Source of the DNA: Octopus bimaculoides
Taxonomy: Eukaryota
Reading direction: 5' to 3'
Length of the DNA stretch: 64,000 nucleotides
NCBI RefSeq assembly: GCF_001194135.2
Contig: NC_068992.1
Coordinates: 1,299,963 to 1,363,962, forward strand
Position 1 is the stretch's first letter; every line of letters begins with the position of its first letter. The notes beneath the pieces were generated by a model, which did not search any database, was not told the origin of the DNA, and saw only the letters and a program-made list of their open reading frames with translations. The position numbers and the translations under genes were made by a program. This document shows positions 26,753 through 42,239 of this stretch, piece by piece.

Positions 26753-29700
26753 TGTACATGTGTATTTGTGCGCATGCACAAATACATATACATACACACA
26801 TATACACATATGTAAATAGATCGATTGATCAATAGATAAATAGATAGTCAGGTAGACCAACATACTGACAGAGGAGTACATATACATACATATATATACT
26901 CGCATGTACAGGAACGGAAACTGCTGGCTACCAACGATGAGGCAATGCGAATTTATTTTGGTTAACTTATTAAAATCAAAGACAAATAATTTGTGTTGCA
27001 AACATTTTCAATTTCATTTATTTACTTAATAAATATATATTTCATCCATATTTATTCTTCTAATTGACATCAATTCCACTGCACACACACACCATCTTCG
27101 GGTGGAAAATATATACACATTTCAGCAATTGTATTTTTCTTTAAGCAATCACCTTTTATTTTTTATTCTACAAGTTACCTTTTGCTGCTACTTATGTCTC
27201 GCCTTGCTGTATTATTCAAATGTTAATTTGAAAGTATTTTGTAAATGTTATAACTTGTTATGCGATGCTTTACTATATAGAAGTCATCACTAACGATTGT
27301 TAAATTCACTATGAATTACGACAATGATGCCAATATTCAGCAATATTTATGGAGCGAAAGATTACTGTTCGACTAGATTTTTGAGAGTAAGCGAAAGGAT
27401 GATAATCATTTGATTATAAAACGTAGGCTACTAACTTTCATGATACAAATCTTTCATTTCTCTATAATAGGATGGATGTTAATCTACTACGCTAATATTT
27501 TTTTATGATAAGCAATTATTTAATACATCTTATTGAACATCATCTCACGCACGAGATCGCAAGCATTATACACCTTCCATTTTTTAATACACACCATGTG
27601 CCTTATATATGAGAATAACAGGGCTTGCATGGGTAACCTTGCACACCTCATTATAATTGTTGGGTTTCTATTAAATTATATAATTACTTACAATCACGGG
27701 TAAGTCAACTGCGGTTTATTGACATACATTTCAGCAATACAACGCCCTCCTACAAAGGAAATGCCAACCTAAATAACATATAAAATTTTATATGTTCGAC
27801 AAGGAATTTATTAATAATACGACCCGACTCGTAAGTGGGGGAAAAAAACCTTGTTAGAGGTTGCAGTTCAGCCAAATTCACGAGTGTTTCAGTTTTGTAC
27901 CGAGTAAAACATACATCTATCGAGAGAAGGGGGGATTTTTCAACATTTGTTATTGTTTTTTTGTTGTTGTTTTTCAATGATACGATTATGAAGAGGAACT
28001 AAGTGTCACAAACTAATAAAGAATAACAAAAAGAAAAGACAAAATTGTTTGAAGTAATTTAGTCCATGTATCGCATGATTTGTTAATGTAACCACAAACA
28101 ATTTTGACGAATACCAAGCATTGCTAGAATGATGACAAAGAAGCAATACTCAATGTTTTTGAGCAAACTCAGTAATGCTGTGGTGGGCTTATGGTAACCA
28201 TCAGCATGCCGCAATATAGATAGAATAGAATAATATTGAATCATTCATGTAATAAAAGAATACATAGTCACTGGATTGAAAGCATCAAACGATAAAAATA
28301 TGCAAAAACAGAACTATTCTTTATGATGTTACATTTCTCCCACATAATTTATAAATATTTTAATTACATTTGCATTCTAATGCATCATAAACTGATTAAG
28401 ATTGCAAAAAGTAACATTCATAGGTTAAATGACTAATTACAATAACACACATTGGTTTGCATTTTCTGGAGTTATTTAATTCATGTTATGCGGAGACTTA
28501 CTGGTTGTAAGTGAGACAATATTACTGAGCTAATAAGCTATTTATCTAATTTCTCAGGTCCCTGCTATCATATCCACTGCAGTATATAACTTCTAATCAA
28601 TGATTGGTTCTATCTTCCCTATTTCTTCGTTGAGCCCTGTGTGGCTAATAAAAGAAATGTATCTTCCCTATTTTTTCTTACGTGTATATAATAGGTAACA
28701 TTTTTTCTCACAACTTTACTTGAATAAGATTTGTGTGCTAAAGAACGATTTATATGAATTTCATATTGACTACACAAGATAAACAATTAAGGATAATTAA
28801 AAATATTAATTTTCATTTACTCCCGTTTACAAAAATTAAAAAAAAAATACTTTAGGATGTAATTTGTTTTGTACGATATGCTCGTAGTATGAAACAAAAC
28901 ATTTTAAATTATTGTTCGTAGCCTCCTTCAGAGTCCATAAGCTTCAGCTTCAGATAAAAATTTTCAGCATTAACTCTCACTCTTCAGTAGTTCACAAAAT
29001 AACAGCGTATGGTAATATAGTGCCTTCCACTCAATCGAATGTCTATACAAACGATACAAAATGTGTTTAAGTCTAATGAAAACAGAAATAAAGTAATCAA
29101 TATTTTCGATACGCTGCAGATCAAATATAATTAATGTATGAACGTTAGTTATGACTATGTTTTACTTCATTTATTTTTTCTCCTAACTTTTAGTTTATTG
29201 ATTCTACCAGTTCAATAAGAAAAACGGAATAATTTAATGCTGTTTACATTTTAGTTTTTGATCTCGTTGATTTTACTGTTAATTTTTTCCTTTGTTACTC
29301 TTAGAATACAGTAGCATATTCATTCATGATAATTGCTTTTTGTGTGGTCAACTCATGCTTGAATCCTAGCTTAATCTCATCACAATAAAGGATTGTCTCT
29401 TCAGTTTTTTACTGTCACTTGAACATGAATATCATTTGTTCATGTTCTAGTTTGCGACTAAATGTACGAGTTGGCTTTATTAATTTATTTTTCATTCTAT
29501 GCATACCGATTTCTCAATTTGCCAGTTAATAAATAATGAATGAATAAAGATAGACAGTTTTTAACTCAGGCACCATAAAATAAGCAGAAGAGACCAACAA
29601 AGCAAGTCCACATGCGTCATTTCAATAACAGTTTAATAAAATGAAGTTCATTTAGACTTCAAAGAAAGAAACAATACTGCAAGGATGTCAAGTGATTTAA

Positions 29701-30029
29701 TTAATGGAACCTTGTGGGTCTCATCTTATCAGGAGATACATAAGCGTTTATGAATACACAGACACAGGCGCGCATGCACGCGCTCACACACACGTACACA
29801 CTACGCACACAGAGCATGTATATATGTTTATATACGTGATGTGTATTGATAAAAACTATAGAATAGAGAAATTAGCAGAAAACTCAAATTCTCCGAATAT
29901 TTCCTGAAGAAAGATTTCTAACATCAAAATATTGAAAATTAAGGTAAAAGTACAAGCCACCGCATTATTTCTTATTAATTTAGTTTCAAAATATTAAAAC
30001 CATGTTTATGGACAATGCTTCAGGCAACC

Positions 30030-30079
<50 letters not shown>

Positions 30080-30436
30080 CATACATACATATATTTGCGT
30101 ATATTCATATACGTGCATATATGCTGCAAAGATTCATACGTTATATACACGAAGTGCAAGACATTATATAATCATAGATATCATATATCATCTCGATATT
30201 ACGTCTGTCCGAGAAAATATAATACATATGAAATGAGAACATGAGGTAGTCATTATATAACATAAGAGTAATATATGTACATACGAGTACACTAGTGATT
30301 ATAAACTACATTTCGTAGTGCTCTACTTCGCCAAGAAGTGACTAAATATTTGATTAGGCAAACTCATTAAACCAACCACATTCGCGAGTTTAAATCTCAA
30401 GAGAAACAACAATGAGTGATAGTAACATTTATATTC

Positions 30437-30665
30437 ACGCACCGGGCGGCGTGGTGGTAGAGTTGTTACTTTGCAGTAATAAATTATTAGTGGCATTTAT
30501 TCCGACATCAATTTCTAAGTTCAAATGCCACTAGGTTCGATTTTACCTTTCATCCTTTCTGGGTCGATACAATAAGTACCATATGAGAACTGAGTTCGAT
30601 GTAGTCGACTTATCCCTTTCCTAGGAATTGCTGGCCTTCAGCTTGTGCCAAAATTTGAAACCGAT
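30437..30665 (+). mobile_element. tRNA-SINE with 10-bp TSD
   Basis: TSD atttatattc at 30427-30436 and 30666-30675. Body ttcaaatgcc...tttacctttcatcctttctgggtcgatacaataagtacc...gctggcc...tttgaaacc. Confidence 0.75.
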
Positions 30666-30680
30666 ATTTATATTCTAGGA

Positions 30681-30828
30681 TAAGGTGGCGTGTTGACTGT
30701 TGAGGCACTGAGCTGGGAGAATCGTTAGCACGCCGGGCAAAATGCTTACTAACATTTTGCCTGTCTTTATGTTCTGAGTTCAAATTCTGCCGAAGTCACC
30801 TTTAACTTTCATCCTTTCAGGGTCGACA
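30681..30828 (+). mobile_element. Second, 3'-truncated SINE of the related family
   Basis: gagctgggagaatcgttagcacgccgggcaaaatgctta...gttctgagttcaaattctgccgaagtc...tttcatcctttcagggtcgac, with B-box-like gagttcaaat. Confidence 0.75.
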
Positions 30829-32136
30829 TATCTGAGAACATACGCTTGGACCTGAATGTGCCACTAAAAGATCAGATGAAGTAAAGCAACTAGAATAGTT
30901 ATTATATCATTCCGCACATTTTCTCCATTTCGTAATGAGTTCTATGTGCTATTTGATTGTTTTATTTCCATATATGAATGTAGAAAGTTATACATTTTGA
31001 ACAGTATGTCCGTTGTATGCTTAATTATTTTATTCGATTACCGAATCTTGTGACTGAAATCAAAGAATCATGTTGTCATCTTTAGAAATTTATATTTTTA
31101 GAGTAATTTTCTTCCTAAAAGTAATCTACTAATGAAAGTACGCCCTTACATTCACGAAACGGCTTTCGAGGAATGATGTAATATTTAATTGCATAACAAT
31201 AATTAAATTTTAACTATTAGAAAATTTTAAATACCAAGAAATTATAATAATCTTTAATCATTTATTTAAGGATTGGTTTCATAGAAACAAAATGTTATTT
31301 AATATTTCAAACCATAAGTTATATTTCTCTATGAAAGTGCCGACCAATACCGAATCGGAGTAAATATTAGGCTTATGTAAACATTTCCTGCGGTTTCCAG
31401 TTTCTGTTACAGCAATTGAATATAAATTACAGCCCTTGTGACTTTCCCCTAAATACGCAATTAAGTCATAAGCATATTCAACATATTTTGCTTTATTTCT
31501 AGGGAATTCTTCTAGTGAACTGATACAAAATTAAATATATTTGTTCCTTTTTTTTTTCAATATGCCTTTCGATGCATATAACAAATATTTAGCAAAAATG
31601 CAAGCGAGAGAATAAATATTTCTGTCACTTTCATAAAAAACTAGGACGTAGGGCCCTATCATGAATATTTCTCAAACTCTATTGCAGTGATATTCACACA
31701 AATGTATTGGTAAATAACATGTACACAAATGTGTATTATGTGTGTTAAAAGATTGAGTATCGATCTATAACATTGACTCAATACCATATGATTTCGCTTA
31801 ATAAATTTTATTAAAGTGGTCTCAATACACGACTGGAACATCGTATTATGGGCCTATTTTATTAAATATGTATAAAAGGTTCAATATTTCAGCGTCGATG
31901 CCCATACATCCATTTCAGTAAACCATGAAACAGATCGTCTCGAGAATTCCCGTCGTTTTCTTTTTCCGTACCTCAACGCCATATAAAGAATGTGCATATA
32001 TTCTAATTTCTACTAGAGGGAAGTTTTTTTAATGTAATATATAATGTAATATATAATGTAATACATAATATGATATAATATAATATAATTATATATATTG
32101 TATTATATGTAATTTATTATGTTGTATTGAATGATG

Positions 32137-32219
<83 letters not shown>

Positions 32220-32850
32220 GGGGATGAGTACATGTGCGTGTATGTTTGGAGTGTATGTGTATGTATGCATATTGTAGACATCTAACGCTATGGGCAGTAG
32301 AACCACCATATAACGAGAAACTTGAAGGCCATATCTGTCAATTATTTCCAATGCAGACTTACGAAAGCCAGGCAAAACATAGGTGAGAGAGCAAGGAACT
32401 GTTCAACTCTTCTATCGCTTAATCCGAAGACTCTGAGTCTATGGAAATAAATTCCTCCTCGTCGCATGTGGCATCCTTTGATAGAGGCGTTGCTTAAAAA
32501 CTTGTACTTCGTTATTGCCAAATCTTGTGACTGACAAGTTGCATATACTGCATCAGATTGCAGCAAAAAGCAATTGAAAACTTTATTGATTCTATTCTTA
32601 AAAACACTGTGGATGTATGATGAAAAGAAGGAGAAAAATACAGCGACAAAACTTACACATACATACACACAAGTACATACACACTCCCACACGCATAAAC
32701 ACATACACACACTCTCTCTCACACATACACGTGCTCATATATACCCGTATTTATATATATGTACACACTTCTAAATATGCAAAAGGTCATATATTCGTAT
32801 ATATGTACATACATATATATGCGTATGCGTATATGCACACAAAAATACAA

Positions 32851-32927
<77 letters not shown>

Positions 32928-35900
32928 AATGTATATATATATATATATAATTGTTAAAGAGGACAACAAACGTTAATGCAAGACTAACATCTCAAGTTAT
33001 ATACATTATTATTATTGGAAAAAATTCAAAGTCTTTAATAGGAATGCATTGTGATAGAAATGGTTGATTTTTCAATACAACAGTACAAGATATCACTCAT
33101 AAGATGAGCAGTTCCTGAGAAATTTCAGCAAGATACAAACTGTCACTGAAATATGACATCTACGTTAAAACATCTAAGAGAGTTATGCCCAGCATTGGCA
33201 TACTAGAACCAAAGCTTATCCATTCCTTTTATTGAAGCATTGCAATTAAATCAGCAACATGCTCTCAGCACAGAAATTTAGATATTCTTGTATCGGAGGC
33301 GCGAATATCATGCTTTGTAGCCATTGCGTAGCGTGTGTAAAGTTCTCGTCAAAATTTAGGGAGCAAAATTTTACGGAGACCTAATACAAAAGTCTACAGC
33401 TTTTACATCAACAATAAGCATTCCCATTCAAGCTCCTATATATATATATATATATATATNNNNNNNNNNNNNNNNNNNNNNNNNNNNNNNNNNNNNNNNN
33501 NNNNNNNNNNNNNNNNNNNNNNNNNNNNNNNNNNNNNNNNNNNNNNNNNNNNNNNNNNNNNNNNNNNNNNNNNNNNNNNNNNNNNNNNNNNNNNNNNNNN
33601 NNNNNNNNNNNNNNNNNNNNNNNNNNNNNNNNNNNNNNNNNNNNNNNNNNNNNNNNNNNNNNNNNNNNNNNNNNNNNNNNNNNNNNNNNNNNNNNNNNNN
33701 NNNNNNNNNNNNNNNNNNNNNNNNNNNNNNNNNNNNNNNNNNNNNNNNNNNNNNNNNNNNNNNNNNNNNNNNNNNNATATATATATATATATACATACAT
33801 ACACCTATACTTACATACATATATTGTTGTTTTTCGGGAGAGTCATTCGCTTTTAGTGCCTTATTATTTAACAACTAACCGGCAATAGTCGTTGAAAAGG
33901 TTGCAAGAAGTAACGAGAATTTTAGGAAAGTTAAATAAGTAAATGAGAGGAAACTTTACCGGTGAGTGTGTCAAATAATAATGAACAAAAAGTAATGGCT
34001 CTCCTCAGACACAACAAAATATGCTTCAACATATATATATATATATACATATATACATACACACACATATATATATATAGATACATATATATGTGTGTGT
34101 ACAACTGATGCGCTTCGGCATAATTACCCGCTACTAATTTTAATTTGACTGACCCTCTATGATAGAATTGACTGGTTCAAAACGCGCTATAGCTAGCTTG
34201 CACATAATTCGCATTATCCTGACACACGCTGGCGATCTTATGACGAATACATGTAGAAACTATTCTTTTGATATGTACTTAGATACTGTTTGCGCTGAGG
34301 GAAACGTCTATAATGGGTGATATACGGGGTGGCTCACTAATAATCCGCAATTCTCCACAGTTCCCTCTTCTCCGGAGTCAAGTGCTGCGTCAATCCATCG
34401 ATTGCAATTCTGAGTTATTCTCGGTTTCCTCATATCAGGCATTTTCTCCTCCTTATAGCCATTCAAACATACCTCTAAACCTATGTGGAAACTAAGCGCC
34501 TCTTCCCCATGTATCAAATACATTTTTTTTACAAATGGCTGTTGATTTGTTCATTATGGTCCCGTATTTATCTGCTATATATGAGATGCAGCAACTTATG
34601 GTATCCCTGATATCCTTTAAACGAAAAGCAGATATGTAGCACATCCTGAATTTAACTACAACTTAACGACATTTCAAATCTTGCTGATGTCCATGCTTCT
34701 CAAGTGATTCGTTATGTTTTCAACTTTCACTCATTTGAACCATTTAATAGAGTGGAACTTGGTTATCGTTTCTTTGCACTCGTACAACAGCTTTCTTTTG
34801 GGAATAAAGGGTATAAAAATGGATATTGATTCTTATTGTATGAGGTGTTGATATGTTAATGTGCTCCTGCGTTATCAAGGATTTTCAAAACAGGTTTTGT
34901 CGCCATAAGACACAGTGTTGGTAAAATATAAAAATGAAAGCTCAACAATTTGAAATTCTTAGGCCTTGATTGTGTAGTATAATGAATGAAAGGAATACAA
35001 TGTAGCAATAACATTTAGTGGAAGAAACGCCATTGGAAAAGATCGGATGACAATGAAAGAAGAAATAAGGGAAAAAAGAACCCAAAAATAGGATGTAAAG
35101 AAAGACGACACGAATATGAATTAAAAAAGGAAAGGAAGGGGAAGAAAGTTAGATTTCATGCTAGCATGTATGGACTGCAAACTGTATCATTTGCGGAATG
35201 TTTTTATATCAATGGGGCACAGGAGGTGTGCTTATAAATTAATTTTAGCTTTTATCGAAGAACAAAAACAATGAAAATTAGTTAGAAATGGCATTTCAAA
35301 ACAGTTGTAAAGTGAAATCAGATGGTGAAGGGAGGATGCAGGAAGGAGGATGTAGAGGGATATCGTAAAATAGACATACGTGTCGAAAAACATTGGTTAC
35401 GAAGAAATTTACCGATGTAAAAAAAATTCTTTGTTTTGGAAGAATCCGTTGTTAACTCTAATCAGAAATTCTTACTGCTCCAAGTCTATATAAGTATAAA
35501 AACGATGAATAGTTTACACCTAGTAATAACTCGGGAAGTTTGTATTTTGAATAAAAGAGACTACACACATATGGACGTGCATAAGTGAACAAATATATAT
35601 GAATCCATGCACATGTATGTGTGTGCATGCAAAATACATACACATGCATCTAAATAAACAAAAATACACATACGCATACATATGCTACTTGGCTGTTTGT
35701 ATGTGTGTACGTATGTGTGTGTGCGCATGCGTGTGTGTATATATATGCATGCATATACTTTTGTATGGTGCATTGATTAAAGAATATATTTCAATGCATA
35801 TAGCGACATGTTTATACACCAAGAAATTCCAGAAATTGCTGTGAAGCTTATTACAGAAACAACTCTGAACATCTGTAATGAACAGCAGTGTAGAACAGAA

Positions 35901-36029
35901 TAAAGTAATGTCTTACATTATAGAATAGCTTTGCACAACTCTCGTAGTGCTGAATCTAAAATTGACTTTATCTACCAGTTCATATGTTTCTTTTTCAAAC
36001 CCACATACACGTATACATACATTCATATA

Positions 36030-36157
<128 letters not shown>

Positions 36158-37142
36158 CACATAATCGGTTGCAACCTAGGTGGTCGTTTCGCCATGTTGC
36201 AACACGAATCTATACCACATTTGTTTTCCTACATTCACAATTGTAGGTTTTCGTCTCCTACTATGGTATTTTCTTACGATCTGGAATTCTTCGAAACGCA
36301 TCATCGTAATGACCTGGGTTCAGCACGGCAGCAACGGTCATGAAATCCTGCTTTGTGATAACACTGGACTATATTCATAAAATTCTTCTTTGGTCTGACT
36401 TTTACGACATGCGATGTTTTTTTGCTATGCTCGTAAATTACTGGCGTACGTAACATTGAAACGATTTTGATGTTGCTTATTTATATGCCTGTTTAGGCTT
36501 TATATAGAAAAAGCTTTCTATACAATCATGGAAAAAGACCGAACTTTTCCCTTAGAAATACCTGGTTGTTAATTACTATGAAACATGTTACTGGCATTCC
36601 AGTTTCCTTCATGTGTGTCTCGAATTCGTTCTAATTCTGAAAGCATTGGCTCCAAGGCACATGAAGTCGATGACCTCATTTGCATTGCAAATGAAAACAT
36701 GAACTAATTTACACAATTTTTAAATGAGGTTAATGAGTTTGCTGCATCACATAATTGAACCAATTTAAAGGCAAGATCAGCATAATCAAAGTCAAGGAGA
36801 TGCTATCTCTGCTAGCATCAAAACCCCTCCTGCTTGATGAAGAGCTGTTTGCTTTTATCGTTTCAAAATTTTACTTAAGAATACAAGTCATCACGATCAC
36901 CAGTAAGAATAAATAAACTAACATCTTTTACTTGAAGAATCTTAGGTTTCCAATAGAAGTATAACGAAGAATGTGCAGTGTAAATACAACCACAGAAACA
37001 CACACACACACACACACACACATACACACATACATACATACACGCACTTACACACCCATACATACATACATACATTCATGCATACGTACATATACATACA
37101 TACATACATACCTATATATATGTTTATAAATAGAAATATACA

Positions 37143-37176
<34 letters not shown>

Positions 37177-37183
37177 CGCACAC

Positions 37184-37242
<59 letters not shown>

Positions 37243-37282
37243 CATATATATATATATAAACACATATACATACACATATATA

Positions 37283-37510
37283 TTCTTCCTTCCTTTTATT
37301 CTTGTATTTGTTTCATTCATATGACTGTGGCCATAGTGGAGCACTGCCTTTAGTCGAGCAAATCGACCTGAGGACTTATACTTTGTAAGCCTAGTACTTA
37401 TTCTATCGGTCTCTTTTGCTGAAGCGCTAACTTACGGGCACGTAAACACACCAGCCTCGGTTGTCAAATAATGTTTGGGGACAAACACAAACACAGACAC
37501 ACACACACAA
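37283..37510 (-). mobile_element. tRNA-SINE 3' half
   Basis: The reverse complement aligns with 50243-50360 and 10688-10788 (gtggccat...ggagcac...ctttagtcgagcaaatcgacc...ggacttat...tttgtaagcctagtacttattctatc). Confidence 0.85.
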
Positions 37511-40500
37511 ATGTGATTGCTACTTTAATTAATTTCCTTCAACACAAATAGTTCACTCTGTTCATATATTACAAGCGAAAGTGAAAGTGGCCATCCTGAA
37601 AAGTGCACTGCATTATGCTCTATCGTCCTTAATTTACATAATTCTCGAATTTTCTGTATTTTCATATGTTATGAATAAACAAGTCGAGTGTGCTGGCCAC
37701 ATCTATGGATATAACCCCGATGTCATCATCAGGCAGTAAATAGAGCAACATGTAGCATATATTCGCATAATCTATATGGCTACATATATTGAAATCATAT
37801 TTAATTTTCTACTTCCTACATTTACTAGGTAAATATTTGATGTAATGATGTTCGCATGTTATGTCTATACGTCATACTAACTGATTTAAAGTGACATGAC
37901 GTACACCTCGTTCACACATATTTAGCATTCTCAGTTAAATTATATATGGACTGTATTTTCCGAGCAATTTCAAGACATAAACCAATATGTCGCTGCTTTA
38001 GTCACAACAAATAAAAGAGACCATTCACACATAACTTTATATGACACCAGAGGCCTCTTTAATTATTTAAATTATTATTTTCAATTTTAAAATCACGGTA
38101 AGTATTCGATCAAATGATTTGTAAATTCCAGGGTATTATATGTCGATTTTAGCTACTAGACCTCTGTTTATCTATTTCTCAAACGTACAAAGGAAATATA
38201 ACCCCTACTGAAAAATGATATTATTTGAACGAGGAAAATATGTTTTTTCGCTTCGTATAAGATGTGAAGCGAAGCTTCTAATTTAGTCCTAAAGCTTGTT
38301 TTATATAGAAATAACTAATATATAAATCAACATAAATATCAAAATATAAATGATAAAAGAGTATATAAATAATTCTCGGCAAAAGCACCGTATATAACTT
38401 TCCTAGATGGAAGGTAAAATTAAGTGCAAACAGACGCCATTTTAGAGTTTAATTACATACCGCTGGTGTTTTATTCATGTGCGTGCAAAATTAGATAAAT
38501 ATCTTTCATGTCTTCGTAATTCATTTATTTTTTTTTCTTGAATTCTAATTATTTTTGAACAGAGAGGCAACGTCTAGGATTTAATAACTTCGCATGTCCT
38601 ATGACGGCAGCTGATCTATAATGAAAAATACCCGATTCAGTAGCATGTTTTCATCGAATATGGATATGCACATTTCTGCCTAGCAATCTTTATTTTCGTT
38701 CATTTCTATCCTGTATGAAATCTGCAATTTTCCAACGAGGTTATTTGATAAAATATTGATATTTGTATTTTTGCTATAATCTTCCTTATTTTCATTATTT
38801 TTCTTATGTATTTTTATGAATTCATTATACATAATTGTCTTCGAACAATTCAGTCCCTGTGCATTAAATATTAGGCAAAATCAATATTCTGTTGGAAAAT
38901 ATTATTAAAATTTCTGAAATTAATAAGGCCTGTCCTTTATGCAAATATAACACATATATCTCGATTTTTTCCGGTCTCTGACGTCCGTAATATACTTACG
39001 CGTTTTCGTAGATGAGAAATAATCAAATATGCGATATTAAAAACTAATTTAAATACGCCATATATCATATTGATACCCTATTAATAGAAATATATGCAAC
39101 GCTTTTCTTACACTTTATATTTTTTAGGCGTAGATATTTTCAAAATTAAGATCAGAGTGGAACAAGAGTGCAGATTCTTTTACTATTTTTATGCTACAAA
39201 AATATCACTAGCTTTCATATTGCGCATAGAAGAGGAATATAATACAACTATGTCGCTTCAATAACCACGTAAAGTAATGTTTCATTACATATATATATAN
39301 NNNNNNNNNNNNNNNNNNNNNNNNNNNNNNNNNNNNNNNNNNNNNNNNNNNNNNNNNNNNNNNNNNNNNNNNNNNNNNNNNNNNNNNNNNNNNNNNNNNN
39401 NNNNNNNNNNNNNNNNNNNNNNNNNNNNNNNNNNNNNNNNNNNNNNNNNNNNNNNNNNNNNNNNNNNNNNNNNNNNNNNNNNNNNNNNNNNNNNNNNNNN
39501 NNNNNNNNNNNNNNNNNNNNNNNNNNNNNNNNNNNNNNNNNNNNNNNNNNNNNNNNNNNNNNNNNNNNNTATATATATATATATATATATGTAATCTTTT
39601 AATGATATTTATTAGGAACAAATGTGTTGAGATTTGAAAATGTTGGATCGTAAACTTTTATGCTCTGTCCATATTCGTTCCTCGTGTAATCGATGCAGAA
39701 GTCATTCATCCTTGGCAAAATGATATGCTTTCAGCCTTCCATCTGCATATTTCATGAAACTATAGATCTATACCTGAAATACTTCACTTCAGTTCATGGT
39801 AATGCACTTTCAGACAACAATATACAGTTCAGTTCAGAGTTGATTCTTTGGCACATACATTTAATTGTTTTCACGATTTCGTTTGTACTTCAAATCCCTG
39901 GCCCCAACATAACTTTATGCACATCCACTTTACTAGATCAATTCTCTTGCTTTCGTCAATATGAACGGCAATATATATCATTTAGCTAATTGTGATGGCA
40001 GTGGATAAAACAGCAAACGAAAATTAGATTGACGTAATTTTTATTTCATTTACACACTGTTTTGTCGGCATAAGCATAACATTAGTCAGTAATGTTCTTT
40101 GTTTTTACATATAAATTCAAAATCGTATAAATGAACAACTTTATTTCCATATTCTTTCCTTTTAATTTTGACCCCAATACTTTCGAAATCTTATTAGTGA
40201 AATTCATTTGAGATATATTAATCGGTTGAGCGTTTGTCCCCCTAATTTGTTTATCTAAAGAAATCCAGATGACAGTTTTGTCATAGGAGAAATCAGTACC
40301 AACATGAAGGCAATATATACTGATTCTACCGTCTGACATATATCGGAGTAATTCCATCCCACTGTTTCATTAGGATTAGAATACTTTTAACGACACCACG
40401 AAGATGGAAGACGAAGTAATCGCAGTGTATTTTTAGGTTATAATTTTGAGAAGTAGAACAATTGCCAAAAGACATACTTTTCTAAAACTTTAAAAATTCT

Positions 40501-40852
40501 GTCATTGACTCCACTCAAGAAGTTAATAAAATATAAAGAAACCGCTACATATTGAATATATTTTAAATGTTATCGGAAGTGTTTTAGCAGAACATGATAT
40601 ATGATATACAAATATTTATTATCTATATATGGAAGCACGCAAAATATAGATTGAGCTATAGAATTTTAAATAGACATGCAACTCATATATATCAACATTG
40701 TTCTTATTGATGTGGAATTTGAACTGGAATGTAGTGATTTCGGCAACTGCATTTTGTTGGGCTCTTGTATCAGAAGCTATGGTAATTAACCCAATTAAAT
40801 ATGTTAGGTATAATTAATCCTATAGCTATAAGTGAAAGTTTGAGGGATTTTT

Positions 40853-41022
40853 AATCGTGTGCATCGACCCCACTGGTCGACTGGTTCTTATTTCCTGAAT
40901 TCGAAACGTGAAAGACAAAATACAACTTGGTGGATTTTGAATTCAGAACAATGTCGCTATAAGTATTTCGTTTGGCATTTCAGCTCTGCCAGCCCGCAGC
41001 CTTTTAAGTTATTAATAAAGAA
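40853..41022 (-). mobile_element. Diverged tRNA-SINE (ggcgagctggcagaa family)
   Basis: The reverse complement begins aaaaggctgcgggctggcagagc and contains gttctgaattcaaaat ... ctttcac ... gtcgaccagtggggtcgatg. Confidence 0.65.
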
Positions 41023-41741
41023 AACAAAAGTAGTCGTTAACTGAGATAGGTTACTTATAAAGTTATTTGGGCATCATTAACGTTTTACAATACAGTACGC
41101 ATCTATACAATTATTTGTATTTAAGTAGCCTCTTCATAAACCTAGCACAACTGTTCTAGCACATAGAAATAGTACTAATTATTCTCTTTCTGAATATCTA
41201 AATTCTTTCACTATGTTCAGATATAAACTTGATACAAATTAATACCATGCAGTGCGTAAAACGTTTAAACAACTTTAATAAATGTATTCTACAATATTTA
41301 ATGCGTAAGGAAAAATGTCAAAAATTGTGTTGAAAGCATTTCGCTATAAATATTTATACTTCTCATAACCGATAACAATTTCTCTTCAGTTAATGACGTT
41401 CGTACGGCCCGATTGGTGACATTTAAAAAGATAATGGCTTTTGATTTGTTGATAGGTATCATTACTGGACAGAATCAATAGATATCAAAATAGTTTGTTC
41501 CTAAAATATCACACAAAAAAGAAAGAAATATTATACGTCAAAGAGATATATTCATATACAGGCAGGATTTCGTCTGATACAAACCCTTTCACTAAAATTT
41601 TATTCCAATAACATTTACTAAATATTAGTAGAAGGAGAATTAATATAAATAATTGCTCCTTCTTCAATCGTTCCTGGGTATTAAAATCCTAAAAAGAAAG
41701 CGTTAGTTTTCCGTAAATTTTCATGTGTAACCAATTTATTT

Positions 41742-41943
41742 CCATATATAAGAGATGAGAAATTATGTACATTATTTACATTATTTACATTTGACGGATA
41801 TTTGTCTTCATCTTGTTTGTTGTTAACACTACGTTTCGGCTGATATAACCTCCAGCCATCGACTAGTGTCTTGGGGAAATTTCGAACCTGGGTTCTCATT
41901 CCTAAGGTATTTTTCGATGTTATCCTCATCATCATCATCATCA

Positions 41944-42000
<57 letters not shown>

Positions 42001-42060
42001 TCACTGCTTGAACTCGAACTCGGAATCGTGGTGTTAGCATGCCACTACACCATATACCCA
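41742..42060 (-). mobile_element. tRNA-headed SINE with hammerhead-derived 3' domain, left copy
   Basis: Reverse complement: A-box tggtgtagtgg, B-box gagttcgagttc, (TAA/TGA)n linker, body nearly identical to 42190-42341, tail aatgtaaataatgtaaataatgtacataatt. Confidence 0.9.
41825..41870 (-). ncRNA. Minimal type I hammerhead motif, catalytic core mutated
   Basis: gacac-TAGTCGA(for CTGATGA)-t-ggctg...cagcc-GAAAC-GTA-gtgtt. Stems I and II and the GUA triplet are intact; the CUGAUGA core is degenerate. Confidence 0.6.
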
Positions 42061-42068
42061 CGGCCATA

Positions 42069-42116
42069 TGGCGTAGTGGTTAAGAGCGCGGGCTACTAAG
42101 ATTCCGAGTTCGATTC
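42069..42116 (+). promoter_or_regulatory. RNA Pol III type 2 internal promoter (A box 42069-42079, B box 42108-42116)
   Basis: TGGCGTAGTGG fits TRGCNNAGYGG; GTTCGATTC fits GTTCRANNC. Confidence 0.75.
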
Positions 42117-42135
42117 CAAGCAGTGACCTGAAATG

Positions 42136-42167
<32 letters not shown>

Positions 42168-42239
42168 GATGATGATGATGATGATAATAACATCGAAAAA
42201 TACCTTATGAATGAGAACCCAGGTTCGAAATTTCCCCAA

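Noticed and set aside
36828-36850. Resemblance to mollusc miR-745a (recalled sequence) and to a hammerhead start (TTGATGAagagc)
   Set aside because: The seed region mismatches, there is no complementary star arm, and no GAAA follows the putative stem II.
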